From positions 1 to 32,033 of the forward strand of contig JBBQJR010000001.1 of the NCBI GenBank assembly GCA_038326125.1: DNA of 32,033 nucleotides, read 5' to 3'. The notes under the pieces are model-generated. The model saw nothing but the letters and a program-made list of their open reading frames with translations, did no database searches and was not told where the DNA came from. Below, piece after piece: positions 23,914 to 32,033 of this stretch. Numbering within the stretch: the first letter of the stretch is position 1; each line of letters begins with the position of its first letter. The stretch comes from Chthoniobacterales bacterium (lineage in GTDB: Bacteria > Verrucomicrobiota > Verrucomicrobiia > Chthoniobacterales > Chthoniobacteraceae). The position numbers were made by a program, and so were the translations under genes.

Positions 23914-25671
23914 ATGAACCGCCTCCTCCTCGCCTGTCTCGCGCTCCTGCCGCTTTTCGCCATCGCGGAAACGCCGCGTCCCAACGTCGTCGTGCTCCTC
24001 GCGGACGATCAAGGCTGGGGCGATCTCAGCTTCAACGGCAACACGAATATCTCCACGCCGAACATTGATTCGCTGGGCAAAAAGGGCGCGGTGCTGGAGC
24101 GCTTCTACGTGTGCCCGGTGTGCTCGCCGACGCGCGCGGAATTTCTCACCGGCCGCTGGCACCCACGCGGCGGCGTGTGGAATGTCTCGCTCGGCGGCGA
24201 GCGGCTAAATCTCTCGGAAAAAACGATCGCGGACACTTTCACCGCGGCGGGCTACGCGACGGCGGCATTTGGGAAATGGCACAATGGGATGCAGTATCCG
24301 TATCACCCGCGCGGTCGGGGCTTCGGCGAATACTACGGCTTCTGCTCGGGCCACTGGGGCGACTATTTCGACGCGCCGCTGGAGCACAACGGCGAACTCG
24401 TGAAAGGCGAGGGCTACATCGCGGATGACTTCACGAATCACGCGCTGAAGTTCATCGAGGAAAACAAGGAGCGTCCGTTCTTCTGCTACGTGCCGTTCAA
24501 CACGCCGCACTTCCCCGCGCAGGCGCCGGATGAATTTTTTGCGCCCTTCGCAAATGCCGATCTGAAAATGCGCGCGCGCAATCCGAAGCAGGAGGACCTC
24601 GCCGAGACGCGCGGCTCGCTCGCGATGACGGCAAACCTCGACTGGAACGTGGGCCGCATCCTCCGCCGCCTCGACGAACTGAAGCTCGCGGAAAACACCA
24701 TCGTGATTTACTTCAGCGACAACGGCCCGAACACCTGGCGCTGGAACGGCGGGATGAAAGGCAAGAAAGCGGGGACCGACGAGGGCAGCGTGCGCGCGCC
24801 TTTCTTCATCCGCTGGCCCGGAAAAATCGCGGAGGGAGAACGCGTCACGCAAATCGCCGGCGCGATCGATCTGCTGCCGACACTCGCGGATCTCTGCGGC
24901 ATTCCGATCATTTCGCAAAAGCCGCTCGACGGCATCAGCCTTCGCCAGTTGCTCACCCACAACATCAAAAGCGGATGGCCCGAGCGCATGATTTTCTCCC
25001 ACTGGGCGGGAAAAGTGAGCGTCCGCACGCAGCAGTATCGCCTCGATGCGGGCGGGCAGCTTTTCGACATGGTCGCCGACCCCGTGCAGGATCACGACAT
25101 TGCCAAAGAAAAACCCGAGGTCGCCGCGCGCCTCGCGAAGGCCGTGGCCGAGTACCGTGCGGATGTCCTGCCGGGAATCGCGGACAAGGAACTGAAGACG
25201 TTCACCGTCGGCTACCCCGAGTTTCCGACCACGCAGCTCCCCGCGCGCGACGGCCTCCCGCACGGCGGCGTGCAGCGCAGCGCGAAGGCGCCGAACTGCT
25301 CGTTCTTCACGAACTGGACGAAGGCCGACGACAGCATCACGTGGGACATCGAGGTCGCGACTGCGGGGAAATACGAGGCCATCGTGTACTACACCTGCCC
25401 AGCGGCGGATGTGGGATCGAAAGTCGAGCTGAGCTTCAACGGCAGCCGCATCGAGAAGACGATCACTGAGCCGCACGACCCTCCGCTTCACGGCGCGGAA
25501 CACGACCGCGCGAGACGGGAAAGCGAGTCCTACGTGAAAGATTTCAAGCCGCTCTCATTCGGCACGCTCGATCTCCAGCCCGGCCGCGGCCGGCTCACGC
25601 TCAAGGCGCTCAGCATTCCCGGCCAGCAGGTGATGGACGTGCGGCTGATCCTGCTGAAGCTTGTGAAGTGA
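23914..25671 (+). CDS. Exported formylglycine-dependent sulfatase with a C-terminal beta-sandwich-like extension
   Basis: The ATG at 23914 gives MNRLLLACLALLPLFAIA. Further blocks are VVLLADDQGWGD, the CSPTRAEFLTGR signature (24121-24135) and GKWH. Confidence 0.9.
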   Translation: MNRLLLACLALLPLFAIAETPRPNVVVLLADDQGWGDLSFNGNTNISTPNIDSLGKKGAVLERFYVCPVCSPTRAEFLTGRWHPRGGVWNVSLGGERLNLSEKTIADTFTAAGYATAAFGKWHNGMQYPYHPRGRGFGEYYGFCSGHWGDYFDAPLEHNGELVKGEGYIADDFTNHALKFIEENKERPFFCYVPFNTPHFPAQAPDEFFAPFANADLKMRARNPKQEDLAETRGSLAMTANLDWNVGRILRRLDELKLAENTIVIYFSDNGPNTWRWNGGMKGKKAGTDEGSVRAPFFIRWPGKIAEGERVTQIAGAIDLLPTLADLCGIPIISQKPLDGISLRQLLTHNIKSGWPERMIFSHWAGKVSVRTQQYRLDAGGQLFDMVADPVQDHDIAKEKPEVAARLAKAVAEYRADVLPGIADKELKTFTVGYPEFPTTQLPARDGLPHGGVQRSAKAPNCSFFTNWTKADDSITWDIEVATAGKYEAIVYYTCPAADVGSKVELSFNGSRIEKTITEPHDPPLHGAEHDRARRESESYVKDFKPLSFGTLDLQPGRGRLTLKALSIPGQQVMDVRLILLKLVK

Positions 25672-25694
25672 TCCCAGACACCCACGCTTTCGCG

Positions 25695-25740
25695 AAACCA
25701 ATCGCCCGAACCAAGCAACTCCTCGCACCGCGATTGGTTT
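25695..25740 (+). terminator. Hairpin between the sulfatase and PSCyt/DUF1553 genes. Possible terminator or attenuator.
   Basis: aaaccaatcgc (25695-25705) pairs perfectly with gcgattggttt (25730-25740), an 11-bp stem with a 24-nt loop. The T-run is only 4 nt, counting the stem end. Confidence 0.4.
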
Positions 25741-25753
25741 TGCAAGAATCCCG

Positions 25754-28699
<2,946 letters not shown>

Positions 28700-28724
28700 A
28701 CCACCATCTCCAAGTCATCGAATC

Positions 28725-29962
28725 ATGCTCGCATTCAATCGCATTCTGATTGGCATCGTTGCTTTGCTGACCTTCATCTCAATGCGTTCCGCATCTGCGG
28801 AAAAGCCTGTAAATAAAGCCGCTGCGGATAGGTCGCTGGTCCGCGAGCAGGGCGAAGTGGACAGCTTGATCGCAAGAGCGGACAGCGTGGAACTGGGCAA
28901 GATTTCCCCGCGTATTTTTCAATTCGCGGAAAAATTCCTCGCGGCGAAGCGCGACCCCGAGGCGAAGCGGTATCTGGAAATTGGTCTGCGCGGAAACTCC
29001 TGGGCACTCGAGGAGCAACTGACCCTCGGTGAACTTCTCGCGCGCTCGAGCCAGCCGGATGCGCTGCGCGAAAAGGCGGCGATGGCCCTGCGCTTGGGCG
29101 AAGAGGATGCTGTGCTCAAACGCGCCTCCGCGCTCGCCGGTCTGCCGTTGCCCGCGGCACCCGTTGCCTTTGAAAAAATCACCGGCGACGAGATCACGCT
29201 CATCCTCGTGCCGATCGGCGAGCCGGGCATTTTTGCGGTGGAGGATCTGCGCGATATTCTCGCCAGACGTCTCGGGATCAAAACCGTGGTCGCCCACTTG
29301 GACGTGAAAATCCCCCCGGCCAGCCGGACGGCGAAATCGCAATGGCTGGCCAGGACGCGAAAGCAAATTCTGGAGACGGTGCAGGAAAGGCCCGAAACCG
29401 CCCTGCAGTTGGGCCGCATGGGATTCACGAAGGCGCAATTGGAAAAGGACGACGATGCGCTGTTGTCGCTGGTGCGCAAAACGACTGAGGCGGAACAGGG
29501 AACGGATGCGCTGAAGCGGCTTGACGCGGACGTGGAAAAGCTGGCGCGGAACAAACAGTGGGATGACATCGGCATGCTGACGGCGATCCAGATTGCGACG
29601 ATTGGACGCTGCGGTCCGAAGCGCTTGGTGATGGGCGTTACGTCGTGCGATCTCTTCGGCGACAAGAGCAACTACCTGTTTGGCGTGGCCGCCACCGGCG
29701 GATTTGTCGGTGTGATTTCCACGCATCGCTTCGGGCATCGTTTCAACGAAGAGCCACCCAAACGCGAGCGGCTCAAGGAGAGGCTGCTCAAACAGGCGTT
29801 ATGCACGTTCGGTTTCAGCCTCGGTGTGCCGCGGTGCGCCACGCCGGAATGCGCGAGGGCATATCCTCAGAGCCTGCAAGAGCACGACCTGAAACCATCG
29901 ACGCTCTGCACGGAGTGCAGGAGGGGATTCGAGACCGCAATGGGCTGCAAACTGCCGACACC

Positions 29963-29966
<4 letters not shown>
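28725..29966 (+). CDS. Exported or membrane-anchored archaemetzincin (peptidase M54)-like protein lacking the catalytic His/Glu residues
   Basis: The ATG at 28725 gives MLAFNRILIGIVALLTFISMRSASA. M54-like blocks are ITLILVPIGE, SNYLFGVAATGGFVGVISTHRF and CTFGFSLGVPRCATPECAR-x16-CTEC (29802-29918). The last block matches the spacing of HEXXHXXGX3CX4CXM..CXXC but with H, E, H and M replaced. The stop overlaps the next ATG. Confidence 0.7.
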
Positions 29967-31429
<1,463 letters not shown>

Positions 31430-31430
31430 A

Positions 31431-31467
31431 AAAAAGTCCGCGCATTTCACACGCACGCCTCGCGGAT
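31431..31467 (-). terminator. Putative intrinsic terminator for minus-strand transcripts (thiC side)
   Basis: On the minus strand, atccgcg-(18 nt)-cgcggac is followed directly by U8 (the + strand A8 at 28-35 of the 314xx block). The stem is only 6-7 bp and the loop is large. Confidence 0.4.
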
Positions 31468-31718
31468 CATTGCGCCCGTCCTTTCTCCTCTCCGCGTCGC
31501 GACATCGGGCATTGGCAGGCGAAGAATTCCACGGACGACCTCAATAGGGAAATCCGCGCCAAGTATTCAAGGCGCCTGAATGCGCGACCATCAAGTCTTG
31601 GAAGCGTTTTCCACGTTTCTGCGATCAAGCGGAGGAAGTTGCCGCTAACATGCACTCGTAATTTCGCGACAGCGCGGTTCGTCAGAAATTCGAGATCATG
31701 CGCTAAGGAACGGTGCAC

Positions 31719-32033
<315 letters not shown>

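Noticed and set aside
31467-31718. 83-aa ORF as a real gene (faint ParE/RelE-like helix pattern)
   Set aside because: Codon usage is atypical, there is no partner antitoxin ORF, and the similarity is only impressionistic. I report it as a spacer oddity rather than as a CDS.

Overview
This is a GC-rich 32-kb chromosomal segment. Its gene content looks like the PVC superphylum (Verrucomicrobiota/Planctomycetota-like): a PSCyt-DUF1549-DUF1553 plus DUF1501 pair, a BBP7-type barrel, PQQ-like beta-propellers, an exported FAD oxidoreductase and a sulfatase. I support 24 protein-coding loci. Two run off the window edges and are therefore missing from the ORF track: an FAD oxidoreductase at 1-1615 and the 3' end of thiC at 31719-32033. 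I found no rRNA, tRNA, CRISPR array, transposase or integrase. The many long Arg-rich ORFs in the track are antisense shadows of real genes. The track also translates GTG/TTG starts as M and takes the earliest start, so I re-picked several starts.

Layout:
- 1-5 kb: housekeeping genes (exported FAD oxidoreductase, exported rhodanese, def, rodA, a lone OppF-like ATPase).
- 5.1-13.3 kb, minus strand: exported helical protein, 68-aa ORF, exported internally duplicated SAM methyltransferase, HemN-like and HydE/BioB-like radical-SAM genes, EamA/DMT transporter.
- 13.4-19 kb: a two-barrel outer-membrane protein and two divergent PQQ-like propellers.
- 19-21.8 kb: a methyltransferase, FAD oxidoreductase and type III PKS operon.
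- 22-23.7 kb: a membrane protein gene split at homopolymers.
- 23.9-31.4 kb, plus strand: sulfatase, PSCyt/DUF1549/DUF1553, an archaemetzincin-like protein with a destroyed active site, DUF1501.

Best candidates for something undescribed:
1. The SAM-centred block: DMT carrier, an orphan radical-SAM pair and a Sec-exported tandem methyltransferase.
2. The catalytically dead M54 metzincin, translationally coupled into the DUF1553/DUF1501 pair.
3. The MetA-like plus BBP7 double-barrel protein with a CxxC motif and a His-rich loop.

Two recurring sequence-level oddities are also present:
- Short-period (7-9 nt) tandem repeats form long intergenic hairpins and also sit inside two CDSs.
- At four A/T homopolymers, a 1-nt length change would restore a start codon or fuse a split gene.
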